This document shows, in pieces, positions 17,635-27,337 of a stretch of 60,385 bases of DNA. Origin of the DNA: Candidatus Zixiibacteriota bacterium (GTDB taxonomy: Bacteria; Zixibacteria; MSB-5A5; SM1-73); assembly GCA_049643405.1 (NCBI GenBank), contig JBARPX010000034.1, positions 1-60,385 on the forward strand, read 5' to 3'. The translations under genes and the position numbers were made by a program. Each line of letters begins with the position of its first letter. Position 1 is the first letter of the stretch. The notes below the pieces were generated by a model. It saw nothing but the letters and a program-made list of their open reading frames with translations, was not told where the DNA came from and did no database searches.

Positions 17635-19173
17635 CTATTTAATCAGCACCAGCTTTTTAGTCTCAGTAAAGTGACCAGCCCTAAGCTGGTAAAAATATAT
17701 CCCGCTTGCCACTTCCTTTCCTTGATTGTTCCTTCCATCCCAGATAAGTCTGTGATGACCCCGTTTATGGATCCTGTTTGCCAGCTCCTTCACCTCCCTT
17801 CCCAGGACATCATAGACTCTTAGGGTTACATTCGCCTCTTCTGGGATCTCATAACTTATGATGGTGGAGGAATTGAAAGGATTGGGATAATTCTGAAAGA
17901 GCGCGAAAACTGGGAGTATGCCTTCTTCTGATGCCTCCACAGAGGAATTCGAGGAGTAGTAGTAGTACACCTCCAAAGAATCATCTTCCCAGAAGCTGAG
18001 CGACGGATCCAGGCCCCTATACACGCCGTGTCCGTATCCCTCGGAGTCTATCACGAACATGAATGAGCCACCTGCCCCCGGGGCATCCGGTTGGTGTAAC
18101 AGAAGCTCAGGCTCAAACCAACTACCATTCTTGTTATTCGTGTAGTAAACACTGTACCCGATGAAAGCGGCGAGAGAGAGGTGAACATTATACTCTGGAT
18201 CAATAAAATAGTCCCGTATCAGTCCACTGTCCGGCGGATGAACCTGAACCAAATCCGGCTGGCTCCAGATGCTATCGTCACCTTGCTTGTGGAAATAGAA
18301 CTGAAAGATCGTGTCGCCCGTGCAACTGTACCCCTGGGTGAAAAGGTGAATCCTGTCTGAGGCTTCGGCCAACAATTCTTGAAACCTGTGGGAACACAGG
18401 GGAATCGACGGTCTGGGAATGGTATCTGTCACCCAGTTGTCGCTGTTCAGACTGTCGTTTCTCACATAGTAACATTCTGACACACCAAGTCCTTCGTAAA
18501 CTATATGGGCCACTCCGTTGCTCTGAACTGCTAAGATGGCACCATGTGTGCTTCCCCAACCCAGGTATATGGGCGTTGATACCGGCTGTTTTGCCCAAGT
18601 ACCGGTTGAATTGTTGGCGTACCAAAATTCAGCCCAGCGGCCCCCAGACCAATAAGACTCGTACCAAACAACGTGAACATTTCCCAGAGAGTCAAAGGCC
18701 ATATCCGGCACCACATATTCATGACCTTGTTCCAGGGAGTCGACCTTAAGGAATTCCCACCCAGGTATGCTGCTGTTGGTGTAGTACAAGGTATCATAAG
18801 AGAAATAGGGGTAGTAAAGCACATGAGTGATCCGCGTTCTCGTGTCAAACCCCACCACTGATTTGCGATTCTGCCCGATGATGTACTCAGGTGTTTGCAT
18901 CTCTTGTGGCTCGCTCCAATCACCGTCCTTCTCCTTGGTTGTGCAGAGCAACCTGTAGCTGTAAACAAACCCGGTCAGTGTGTCCCTGACCCCCTCGGCA
19001 TAGAGCAAGAAAAGCTCATCGGTATCATCCACATACAGTCCAACTATCCTGTTGGGCAGGTCATCGTAGGTTAGTCGCTGCACCTCCGCCCCGTCCCACT
19101 GGGTGTCTATGCCAGGGCACAAGAAAATGAAGAATGACGAATAAAGAATGACGAAAGCTATGAGCTTTTTCAT
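17635..19173 (-). CDS. Secreted repeat (propeller-like) protein with T9SS C-terminal sorting domain, paralog 2
   Basis: The preferred start is ATG 19173 (MKKLIAFVILYSSFFIFLCPGIDTQ). The N-terminus AEVQRLTYDDLPN...GVRDTLTGFVY is shared with paralog 1. CTD is FQNYPNPFNSSTIISY...GIYFYQLRAGHFTETKKLVLIK. Confidence 0.8.
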   Translation of the reverse strand: MKKLIAFVILYSSFFIFLCPGIDTQWDGAEVQRLTYDDLPNRIVGLYVDDTDELFLLYAEGVRDTLTGFVYSYRLLCTTKEKDGDWSEPQEMQTPEYIIGQNRKSVVGFDTRTRITHVLYYPYFSYDTLYYTNSSIPGWEFLKVDSLEQGHEYVVPDMAFDSLGNVHVVWYESYWSGGRWAEFWYANNSTGTWAKQPVSTPIYLGWGSTHGAILAVQSNGVAHIVYEGLGVSECYYVRNDSLNSDNWVTDTIPRPSIPLCSHRFQELLAEASDRIHLFTQGYSCTGDTIFQFYFHKQGDDSIWSQPDLVQVHPPDSGLIRDYFIDPEYNVHLSLAAFIGYSVYYTNNKNGSWFEPELLLHQPDAPGAGGSFMFVIDSEGYGHGVYRGLDPSLSFWEDDSLEVYYYYSSNSSVEASEEGILPVFALFQNYPNPFNSSTIISYEIPEEANVTLRVYDVLGREVKELANRIHKRGHHRLIWDGRNNQGKEVASGIYFYQLRAGHFTETKKLVLIK

Positions 19174-19215
19174 TTTCCCCTCAAGCGTTGATTTACGAAG
19201 TTTCCTTCCCAAAAA

Positions 19216-19244
19216 AAATATGCAACTTTGTCTTGATTTGTCAA
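19216..19244 (-). promoter_or_regulatory. Candidate promoter of paralog 2
   Basis: Minus strand: TTGACA-AATCAAGACAAAGTTGC-ATATTT. Confidence 0.4.
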
Positions 19245-19465
19245 CTGTTTTCTGAGATATTCCGAAACCTGGCGGCCCCATTGCGCGAGTAGGTGCCATG
19301 TCTTGTTTTCCGGGCAAACATCACAAGACTTCGGATCGGCCCTCTGATGCCCGCACCCAGCCCGACGGAAATACTCGAAAAAAACTTGTTTTTCGGAAAG
19401 CTTTAATTTAACTTTCACCGGGAAAGGGAAACCGTAATCATCTGTGGGTGGAGAGTCGGCACGGT

Positions 19466-20740
19466 ATGGCAAAATCTACATTGTCCAAAGAGGTGAGAAA
19501 GCAGATTCAGGAGATCGGGGATGTGGACGTGCTGGTGGGGATTCCCAGTTACAACAGTGCCCGGACAATTTCCCACGTGGTGAGGGCGGTCTCCGCCGGG
19601 CTGGCAAAGTATTTCCCCAAGCATCGCACCCTTCTGATCAACTCGGATGGGGGCTCTGCAGACGGCACTCAGGAAGTGGTGAAGCAAACCACCCTGGATG
19701 ATCTGGACGTTTTACTGATGGAACATCCTGTGTATCCCGTTCATAAGATAGTCACGCCTCATCATGGCATGCCCGGAAAGGGGAACGCCTTCAAGACCAT
19801 ATTTAAGATTGCTTCCGCTCTGAATGCCAAAGCCTGCGCAGTGGTCGACTCCGATCTTCGGAGCATAACTCCCGAGTGGATTGAGCTTTTAATCGAGCCA
19901 ATCCTCTTTCACGGGCACGACTTCGTGGCTCCCTATTATAAGCGCCACAAGTATGACGGCACCATCACCAACAGCATAGTCTATCCCCTCACCAGAGCCT
20001 TGTACGCGAAGAGGATAAGGCAACCCATCGGGGGTGACTTCGGGTTTTCCGGCAGGCTGGCCCAGCACTATCTGGCAAAGAGAGTCTACGATACTGACGT
20101 GGCCCGCTTCGGCATAGATATATGGATGACCACCACCGCCGTGGCCGACGGGTTCAAGGTCTGTCAGTCCTTCCTGGGAGCCAAGCTTCACCAGGCCAAG
20201 GACCCGGAGGCAGACCTCTCCGAGATGCTGGCACAGGTTATTGGTACGGTTTTCCATTTGATGGAAGTATACCACCCCGTTTGGTCTGAGGCGGCCGGCT
20301 CGGAGGCGGTTAAGGAATTCGGCTTCAAGTTCGACGTAGGGTTGGAGCCGATCCGGGTGAACTTAGAGAGAATGGTGGACAGCTTCGGGCAGGGGTTGTC
20401 CAACCTCAGCCCCATTTGGAGAAAGATGCTTTCGCCTGATTTGATGGTTCAATTGGAGGAGGTGGCCTCCCATCACGTGGTCGACTTCCATCTTCCCGAC
20501 GCCGCCTGGGTAAAGATCGTGTACGATTTCGCCTTAGCATATCGACACCGGGTGATGGCCCGGACGCACATCTTAAAATCCCTTACCCCGCTCTACCTGG
20601 GATGGATCGCCTCCTTCGTCAACCAGACCATGGATTCCGACGCGGGAGAGGTGGAAGAGAAATTGGAAGCCTTATGCCAGGAGTTCGAAAAACAAAAGAC
20701 TTATCTTTTGGCCAACTGGGATGAGGAAGTAAAACGATAG
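19466..20740 (+). CDS. Second GpgS/MggA-like glycosyltransferase
   Basis: The ORF runs from GTG 19448, but ATG 19466 (MAKSTLSKE) is preferred. VLVGIPSYNSARTI, GMPGKGNAFKTIF, CAVVDSDLRSITPEW (GKG plus DSD as in GT81 enzymes). Confidence 0.6.
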   Translation: MAKSTLSKEVRKQIQEIGDVDVLVGIPSYNSARTISHVVRAVSAGLAKYFPKHRTLLINSDGGSADGTQEVVKQTTLDDLDVLLMEHPVYPVHKIVTPHHGMPGKGNAFKTIFKIASALNAKACAVVDSDLRSITPEWIELLIEPILFHGHDFVAPYYKRHKYDGTITNSIVYPLTRALYAKRIRQPIGGDFGFSGRLAQHYLAKRVYDTDVARFGIDIWMTTTAVADGFKVCQSFLGAKLHQAKDPEADLSEMLAQVIGTVFHLMEVYHPVWSEAAGSEAVKEFGFKFDVGLEPIRVNLERMVDSFGQGLSNLSPIWRKMLSPDLMVQLEEVASHHVVDFHLPDAAWVKIVYDFALAYRHRVMARTHILKSLTPLYLGWIASFVNQTMDSDAGEVEEKLEALCQEFEKQKTYLLANWDEEVKR

Positions 20741-20757
20741 TCCAGAGGAGGTGTCAG

Positions 20758-21456
20758 ATGGAATCCTCGTGGAAAACGTCGCTGGTTGAATCGTGGGCAA
20801 AGATCACCAGTATTGCTCCCGATGTGCTGCAGCTTGTTATCATCGTCGTCCTGGGATTCATCATCGCCTGGTTACTGAAGCTGATAGTACGATACGTCCT
20901 GAAGGCGGTCAGGTTCGATGTGTTCGCCTATCGAACCGGGATGACCACCGTGCTGAACAAAGCCAGTGTGGACCGGTCAGCCAGTGAGGTGATCGGAATC
21001 ATCACCTACTGGTGCGCTGTGTTCCTTTTCTTCATTATCGCTCTGGGAACCTTAGACGTGTATGCGGTGGATAATCTGGTAGTCTCGATCTTCACCTATA
21101 TCCCCCGCTTCGTAATTGCGGTCTTCGTCTTCCTTTTGGGATACTCTCTTTCCAGATTCTTGAGGCGTGCGATTCTGATCGGGCTGGTTAACGCCCAGGT
21201 GAGGTCCGCCAAGCTGATATCCACCCTGTTCCAGATGTTGATCATCATCCTCTTTTCCGCCATGGCCATAGAGCAGTTGGGAATCGCCCGCGGCATAGTG
21301 GTTGCCACCTTCGCCATCTCCTTTGGTGGAGTGGTCTTGGCGTCGGCCGTCGCATTCGGGTTGGGAGGCAAGGACATAGCCAGGGAGATACTGGAAAGAA
21401 GGTTCAAGGCTCCCAAGGAGGAGAAATCCAAACCGGATGAGTTCTCCCATCTGTAG
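20758..21456 (+). CDS. Multi-pass membrane protein with conserved-TM-helix repeats (mechanosensitive-channel-associated type)
   Basis: 232 aa, about 6 TM segments. GGAGG RBS. Tightly packed between the GT and phosphatase genes. Confidence 0.55.
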   Translation: MESSWKTSLVESWAKITSIAPDVLQLVIIVVLGFIIAWLLKLIVRYVLKAVRFDVFAYRTGMTTVLNKASVDRSASEVIGIITYWCAVFLFFIIALGTLDVYAVDNLVVSIFTYIPRFVIAVFVFLLGYSLSRFLRRAILIGLVNAQVRSAKLISTLFQMLIIILFSAMAIEQLGIARGIVVATFAISFGGVVLASAVAFGLGGKDIAREILERRFKAPKEEKSKPDEFSHL

Positions 21457-21462
21457 GGCTCC

Positions 21463-22314
21463 ATGAGCAAGAGTAAAAAGAGAATTTTGATCTTCACCGA
21501 TCTGGACGGCACCCTGCTGGACCCGCAGGATTACTCATTTGAGGAGGCGCTCCCTGCCTTAGAGAGAGTGAGGCAGAGAAAAATCCCTCTGATTCTGTGT
21601 TCCAGCAAGACGCGAGCGGAATTGGAGCTTTATCAAAGAAAACTGAATGTCGGCGATCCTTTCATCTCCGAAAACGGAGGCGCGGTTTTCATCCCCCCGG
21701 GATACTTCCCTCAGGCGCCGGAGGAGCTAAAAGAAAAGGATAAGTATTTAGTCCTGGAATTCGGAGTCTCGTACGAGACCATCAGGGAGAGACTCTCGGA
21801 GGTTTTTGGCAAACTGAATGTCAAACCGATTGGCTTTGGAGACCTTGATACAGAGGGGATATCTTCTCTGCTCAACTTGAGCAATGCCGAAGCAGATTTA
21901 GCCCGACAAAGGGAATACGACGAGCCATTCTATTTCCCACAGAGACCGGAGGAAGAAAAGATTGAGTTAGCTGAGAAGGAGTTCAAACAGGTTGGACTAC
22001 GCCTGACGGCCGGAGCAAAGCTCTTTCACCTTCACGGAGATCATGACAAAGGGAGGGCGGCTAAGTTCTTGATCCAGATATATGTAGCTAACTGGGCGGA
22101 TGAGATTCTGACCATCGGACTCGGCGACAGCCTGAACGATCTTGCGCTACTTGAAACCGTGGACATCCCGGTGCTCTTAAAGAAGGATGACGGCTCTTGC
22201 CAGCGAGAGATACTGGATAAGCTGAAGGTTCACAAGGCCTTGGAGATAGGTCCCCGGGGATGGAACCGGGCGGTGCTCGATTTGATGGAGAAATATGATT
22301 CCAAGGCGGGCTGA
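21463..22314 (+). CDS. HAD-IIB phosphatase, mannosyl-/glucosyl-3-phosphoglycerate phosphatase (MpgP/YedP) family
   Basis: ILIFTDLDGTLLDPQDYSFEEALPAL..., IPLILCSSKTRAEL, ISENGGAVFIP, GLGDSLNDLALL. Confidence 0.8.
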   Translation: MSKSKKRILIFTDLDGTLLDPQDYSFEEALPALERVRQRKIPLILCSSKTRAELELYQRKLNVGDPFISENGGAVFIPPGYFPQAPEELKEKDKYLVLEFGVSYETIRERLSEVFGKLNVKPIGFGDLDTEGISSLLNLSNAEADLARQREYDEPFYFPQRPEEEKIELAEKEFKQVGLRLTAGAKLFHLHGDHDKGRAAKFLIQIYVANWADEILTIGLGDSLNDLALLETVDIPVLLKKDDGSCQREILDKLKVHKALEIGPRGWNRAVLDLMEKYDSKAG

Positions 22315-22456
22315 TCCTTCTCGGTCTGCCTGAAGCGGCCGATTCGAGGCCGGATTTGCGGCCGACAGGAGTCCAAAAAGTGCGTTTCTTGCCGATATAA
22401 TACTTATATGTGATTCTCTGGCTTGCTTCTTTAGTCAAATCTTTAGAGATAATGTC

Positions 22457-24010
22457 ATGAGCCCTGACAAGGAATCAAAGCTCTGGTCGCTTCTTGCCCA
22501 ACCGAAGTGGCTTTTCTGGTTGTTTCGGGGAATAATCTTCTTAAGCTTCGTCGTGTGGCTGCTTTTCTCCCCGGAATACGACCCGTGGATATGGGCGCCT
22601 TTCGGGTTCTTTCTGGCTTATTCCCTTGCAGCATTCGCTTTTGCCAGAAGAGCCAAAGGGGAAAAGTTCTATTTTCTCATCAGCGTTTTAGACGTAATCC
22701 TGATCACGTCCTTGGGGCAGCTTGCGGGAAGCAGGGAAGGTGGGTTCTTCTTACTCTACTTCCTGGTGGTACCATTTGGGGCTTACGTTGCCGGTCTTAT
22801 TCCGGGGCTTTCTCTGGCGCTTCTCGCCTCGATCTTCTACATCTCGGGAAGTGTAAGATATCTTGCCGGACCTCCGACGAGTTCAGTCCTGGTGAAGGCC
22901 TTAGTCCTGCTGGCCCTGGCTGCTGCCGTGGGCATAGTGGTGAGGGAGATGAAAAGTTCAAAATCAAGGCTTCTGGGGATGTTCGACGTTTTGAACCTGA
23001 GGACCTCCGAGCTGGAGAAATCGCAGGCCCAGATCGAAACCGCCTACGAGACCTCGCGCACTCTGGGAGAGAGATTGAATTTGGACGAGGTGGTAGACGA
23101 GATTCTGAACATAGTGCAGAAGATATTGGGTTACCGCTTCTTTTCCATCTTCTTGCTATCCGGCCAGAATGGCCTCTCCCTCCTGGGAGAGATAAAAGAC
23201 GGGGAAAAGACAAGATACGCCGAGCCCAAGGGAGTTCTCCTGACCGGAAGGTTGCGTGAGGTGGCCGGCAACGGTAAACCGATCAGGATTTTCGACGCGG
23301 CAAAAGATGCCGATTTTGAAGCGACCGCAGAAGGAGTAAAATCCTTCATGGCCGTGCCCATGATCTCCCGCGGCAAGGCCATAGGCGTGATGCACGCGAG
23401 TTCCACCAGAATGGGAGCCTTTCTGGATCAGGACGAGAAGATCTTCTCCATCTTGGCCGGTTCAGCCGCCCTGGCCGTAGAGAATGCACTTTTGCATCAG
23501 AAGACCCAGGAGCTCACCATCGTGGATGAGTTGACCAGTTTGTACAACTTCCGTTACTTCAGCCGTAAGCTCGGAACCGAGGTGACGAGAGCTAAAAGAT
23601 ACCACCAGCCTTTGTCCATCATCATGATCGACATAGACTGGTTCAAAAGATGCAACGACACCTACGGCCACCTTTTCGGCAACCGGGTCCTGCAGGATTT
23701 GGCGCAAAGGATCAAGGACTCCATTCGGGAAGTAGATGTGCCCTGCCGTTACGGCGGGGAGGAGTTTGCGGTAATTCTGCCCCAGACCAAAAAGGCCGAC
23801 GCGCAGATGATCGGAGAGAGAATCAGGCGCAGGGTGGAATCCAGGGAGATGGTAAGCGCCGACAAGAGCTCTGCGGTAAAAATCACGGTGAGTTTGGGCA
23901 TCGCGACCTACCCGGAAAACGGTAAGACCCCCAAGGAATTGATTTCCAAAGTTGATCAGGCATTATATTTAGCCAAGGGCCGGGGAAAGAACTTGGTTTG
24001 CACGGTGTAA
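22457..24010 (+). CDS. Membrane-anchored GAF-GGDEF diguanylate cyclase
   Basis: N-terminal TM helices and a GAF-like middle region. DELTSLYNFRYF...IDWFKRCNDTYGHLFGN...REVDVPCRYGGEEFAVILPQT, with the RxxD I-site 5 residues before GGEEF. Confidence 0.9.
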   Translation: MSPDKESKLWSLLAQPKWLFWLFRGIIFLSFVVWLLFSPEYDPWIWAPFGFFLAYSLAAFAFARRAKGEKFYFLISVLDVILITSLGQLAGSREGGFFLLYFLVVPFGAYVAGLIPGLSLALLASIFYISGSVRYLAGPPTSSVLVKALVLLALAAAVGIVVREMKSSKSRLLGMFDVLNLRTSELEKSQAQIETAYETSRTLGERLNLDEVVDEILNIVQKILGYRFFSIFLLSGQNGLSLLGEIKDGEKTRYAEPKGVLLTGRLREVAGNGKPIRIFDAAKDADFEATAEGVKSFMAVPMISRGKAIGVMHASSTRMGAFLDQDEKIFSILAGSAALAVENALLHQKTQELTIVDELTSLYNFRYFSRKLGTEVTRAKRYHQPLSIIMIDIDWFKRCNDTYGHLFGNRVLQDLAQRIKDSIREVDVPCRYGGEEFAVILPQTKKADAQMIGERIRRRVESREMVSADKSSAVKITVSLGIATYPENGKTPKELISKVDQALYLAKGRGKNLVCTV

Positions 24011-24083
24011 GTCTTCCGTGCGAATTGATATGTATGCCTGAGCAGCTTTTGCTAGAAGTGCCACATCGGAGGAGCCTCAACTC

Positions 24084-25313
24084 TTACTCAAAAGTCGGCT
24101 CGACGATTTTACCCATAAAAAGCAGATTCTGAGACTTGTTCTCTCTAATTACAAACACAAACGGCCGGTCCACCCGCATTGAAAGGCCACAGGATATCTC
24201 CTGCATCACAACAGAAGTGACTGCCGCTGCCTCGGTACCTTCCTCGTTCACTTCCACATATGTTTTGTGCTTTACGGTGTCGATCCAGATCCCGCCTGGC
24301 TTGCACATCCTGGTGAAGTCCGCCCGATAGGGATCGAAAGCGATTTCCATTCCCATCGCCTTCAGCGCCTGGTTCAATCCGAATTCACATTCCAGCTTGA
24401 ACCTCGGAAGGAACAGCTTCACCGACCGCTCGGAGAGATTATTCATCCACTTATCCCAGTTCTCCGGGCTCAGTTCCGTTATCAGAGAATCGATGTCCGC
24501 TTCAGGGTGTGGTAGGAGGACGGTCATACTGAATTTGCCGTCACCGTATGGCAGGTCAATCGCTTCAAAGCCCGCATTCCATAAGTACTGAAAATCGCCC
24601 TCCTGCACCATCATCTTGCACGGCTTCTTGGTTCCGTCGGGCAGCGTGAACTCGTCGTCTTTTGTCAGGTCTTTATCAAACTGGTAAGTCCAGGTGCCTT
24701 TGAAGTAGATGGCATTGATGAGAAACATCACAATCGCGCCACCTATAGGGTCATCCACGATCTCTTTTATTTTCCCATCCGTGTTTTCCTCAACCCACGC
24801 ATTGATGGTTGCTGCGGCATCGGGATGGCCGAAATCCAATCCCGTCACCAGGGTGTCAAAGTATTTTTCGCATAGATTCATGAATTCTTTTTCAAAATTC
24901 CGGTCCTGATGGTACCAGATCGAATTGGCAATCTGAAATTGCACTTTCGGATCGAGCCCGGTCAACAGTTCGATCAAACTTTGGTAAGATTCATTCACCT
25001 CCTGAATCGTCAAGCCCGAGAGCTCGAGGGCGTTTTGCATGGCCGTCTGTGTTTCCCCGTTCGCGCCATTGTAAGTCATCCCTAATGCCATCGATACGCT
25101 CAAAGGAGAGATAAAGACGTTTGAGTCCTTTTCTTCTCTAACGATCTCCTTGAAAAGCTTGAACCCGAATTCGTTGCCCGATACGACCAGACTTTTCTCC
25201 GCGAAAGTCAATTCTCGGGGAGGATTGCTCTCGGTAGAGACCGGATTCCTTGAACATTGCAGTAAAAGGACACCGATCAGCAGCGCGAGAAACGGATAGG
25301 ATTTCTTTAACAT
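24084..25313 (-). CDS. Serpin (serine protease inhibitor), secreted/lipoprotein-like
   Basis: SPLSVSMALGMTYNGANGET, hinge EEGTEAAAVTSVVM, RVDRPFVFVIRENKSQNLLFMGKIVEP. Signal peptide ends LLLQCS. Confidence 0.92.
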   Translation of the reverse strand: MLKKSYPFLALLIGVLLLQCSRNPVSTESNPPRELTFAEKSLVVSGNEFGFKLFKEIVREEKDSNVFISPLSVSMALGMTYNGANGETQTAMQNALELSGLTIQEVNESYQSLIELLTGLDPKVQFQIANSIWYHQDRNFEKEFMNLCEKYFDTLVTGLDFGHPDAAATINAWVEENTDGKIKEIVDDPIGGAIVMFLINAIYFKGTWTYQFDKDLTKDDEFTLPDGTKKPCKMMVQEGDFQYLWNAGFEAIDLPYGDGKFSMTVLLPHPEADIDSLITELSPENWDKWMNNLSERSVKLFLPRFKLECEFGLNQALKAMGMEIAFDPYRADFTRMCKPGGIWIDTVKHKTYVEVNEEGTEAAAVTSVVMQEISCGLSMRVDRPFVFVIRENKSQNLLFMGKIVEPTFE

Positions 25314-25473
25314 GATATACTTTCCTTGTTTCTATCATTGAAACTCACGTCACGAAAACCTTGAGTGCCGTCTACTTGCCACTCAGTTCATTACCAGCGT
25401 GGCAGGTCGGCTTGCGGCCCCCGCCAAAGGCGGGAGAGCTACCCGACATACTCTCTTAGACACTCTTCGAGTT

Positions 25474-26715
25474 TCAATCAAGAGTCGGCTCAACGATCTT
25501 CCCCACAAAAAGCAAGGTCTGTGATTTATTCTCTCTAATGGCAAATACGAACGGCCGGTCGACCCGCATCCAGAACACGGTGGGGTCAACTGACGTCATT
25601 GCTACTCCCACGGACGTGACCGCTGCCGCCTCGGTGCCCTCTTCGTTCACCTCCACGAAGGTCTTGTGCTTCACCTCGCTGATATAGAGATCCTGGGGGC
25701 CTTTGTACATATTGGAGAAGTCAGCAGCGTAAGGCTGAAAGGCAATTGTCATCCCCAGTGCCTTCAAGACGTCATTCAGTTTCAACTCATATTTTAGAGT
25801 GAATCGGGGTAATTCCAGAGTCCCTTCGCGCTCGGAAAAACTGTTGATCCAGCCGTTCCAATTCTCTTGGCTGAATTCCGCTATCAGGGAATCAATGTCT
25901 TTGCTCATCCGAGGCAGAAAGACGATCATGGTGAAGTCGCCGTCGCCGTAAGGTAGGTCGATGGCCTGAAAATCGGAATTCTCAAAGTATTGGAATTTGT
26001 CCTCCCGGGTCATCAGCTTGCACCGACTTTTTGACCCATCTGCCAGAAAGAAGTCGGCGTCTTTTGTCAGCTCTTTATCAAACTCGTAAGTCCAGGTCCC
26101 CTTGAAGTAGATGGCATTGATCAGGAACATCACCATCATGGGATCGATCGGGGGGTCCACGATCTGCGTTATTTTGCTATTGGTGTTTTCGTCCACCCAT
26201 CCATTTATTGTCTCCGCTGCCTTCGGATCGTCGAAGTCCAGTTCGCTCACCAGAGCGTCAAAGTATGCCTTGTTCAGGTCGATGAATTCTTGCTCAAAAC
26301 TCATCCCCTTTCGATACCAGATCGAATTTGCAATCTGAAGCCGGACCTTGGGATCGAGCTGACTCAGAAGCTCCAGCAAGCTCTTGTAGGACTTGTTCAC
26401 CTCTTCGATGGTCAGGCCCGAGAGTTCCAGGGTCTTCTGCATCGCTTCCCGGGTGGTCCCGGCGGCGCCATTGTAAGTCATCCCCAGGGCCATGGAGACA
26501 CTCAAGGGGGAAATGAAAATGTTCTTGTCCTTCTCCTCCTTGACGATCTCTTTGAAGAGCTTGAGCCCGAACCGGTCGTTTGACTCGACCAGGAGCTTTT
26601 CGCTGGCAGTCAATTCTCTTGACACTACCCGGTCTGCAGCCGTTGGATTGTTCGAACACTGCAACACTGCAATGGCGATTAGAACCACTGAAAGGAGATT
26701 CATTTTCTTAGGCAT
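25474..26715 (-). CDS. Serpin paralog, secreted/lipoprotein-like
   Basis: SPLSVSMALGMTYNGAAGTT, hinge EEGTEAAAVTSVGVAMTS, RVDRPFVFAIRENKSQTLLFVGKIVEP. Confidence 0.92.
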   Translation of the reverse strand: MPKKMNLLSVVLIAIAVLQCSNNPTAADRVVSRELTASEKLLVESNDRFGLKLFKEIVKEEKDKNIFISPLSVSMALGMTYNGAAGTTREAMQKTLELSGLTIEEVNKSYKSLLELLSQLDPKVRLQIANSIWYRKGMSFEQEFIDLNKAYFDALVSELDFDDPKAAETINGWVDENTNSKITQIVDPPIDPMMVMFLINAIYFKGTWTYEFDKELTKDADFFLADGSKSRCKLMTREDKFQYFENSDFQAIDLPYGDGDFTMIVFLPRMSKDIDSLIAEFSQENWNGWINSFSEREGTLELPRFTLKYELKLNDVLKALGMTIAFQPYAADFSNMYKGPQDLYISEVKHKTFVEVNEEGTEAAAVTSVGVAMTSVDPTVFWMRVDRPFVFAIRENKSQTLLFVGKIVEPTLD

Positions 26716-27337
26716 GATCGACCTCCTCTTCCTATGATTATGATGCTGCGGTCAAAATTTCGATTTCCCTTACTCATCTAAAGCTACGCTCAAGCTCGAA
26801 TCTGAATTTGAGGTCTCCCCTGCTCTTCCTATTCTTGAATTCATTCCCTCGTATCTTCGCTTCGGAAAACAGGACCTGATCTGCACAGTTATTCTAATCA
26901 CTAACCAGTTGATCGGCAATAGAAATCTCGCTAAACCCTCTCTGTTCTTTTTTGTGAACAAACGGTATGCCAGATTTTGGACATCGCAATTCGTTTCGCA
27001 AGTGGCTGTGGAACAAAAGTATATGGCTAGCATTATCCCCCTCGACTGTACAGTGCAGGTTCCAATCCGCCGATTCTGGCGAATCTAAGAATCTGTCCCT
27101 GATTCTCCTCTGTAGTAACTGTCGCTATTAAAATAGGTTACTTGAATTCGAAGGAAATTACGATTGCGTCAGGAGAAGCATAGGACCACAAGCGAAGTAC
27201 ATATTGTGGCTTAGAGATATCTGACAAATCGCACCTGTATTAGTTTGACAAAGACTTCTCAAACACGTTAATTTGAAGGGAGCTTCGCTGGTTTTGGTTG
27301 CGATCAAATAAGTTGTATCTACTTTTTGAGAATCAAA

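Noticed and set aside
22507-23259. 250-aa plus-strand ORF in an alternative frame of the GGDEF gene
   Set aside because: It overlaps the TM/GAF region of a protein with strong domain evidence. Its translation is Arg/Gly-rich and featureless.
26770-27033. 87-aa minus ORF in the long AT-rich gap
   Set aside because: It has no RBS, an odd Cys/Arg-rich composition and no motif.
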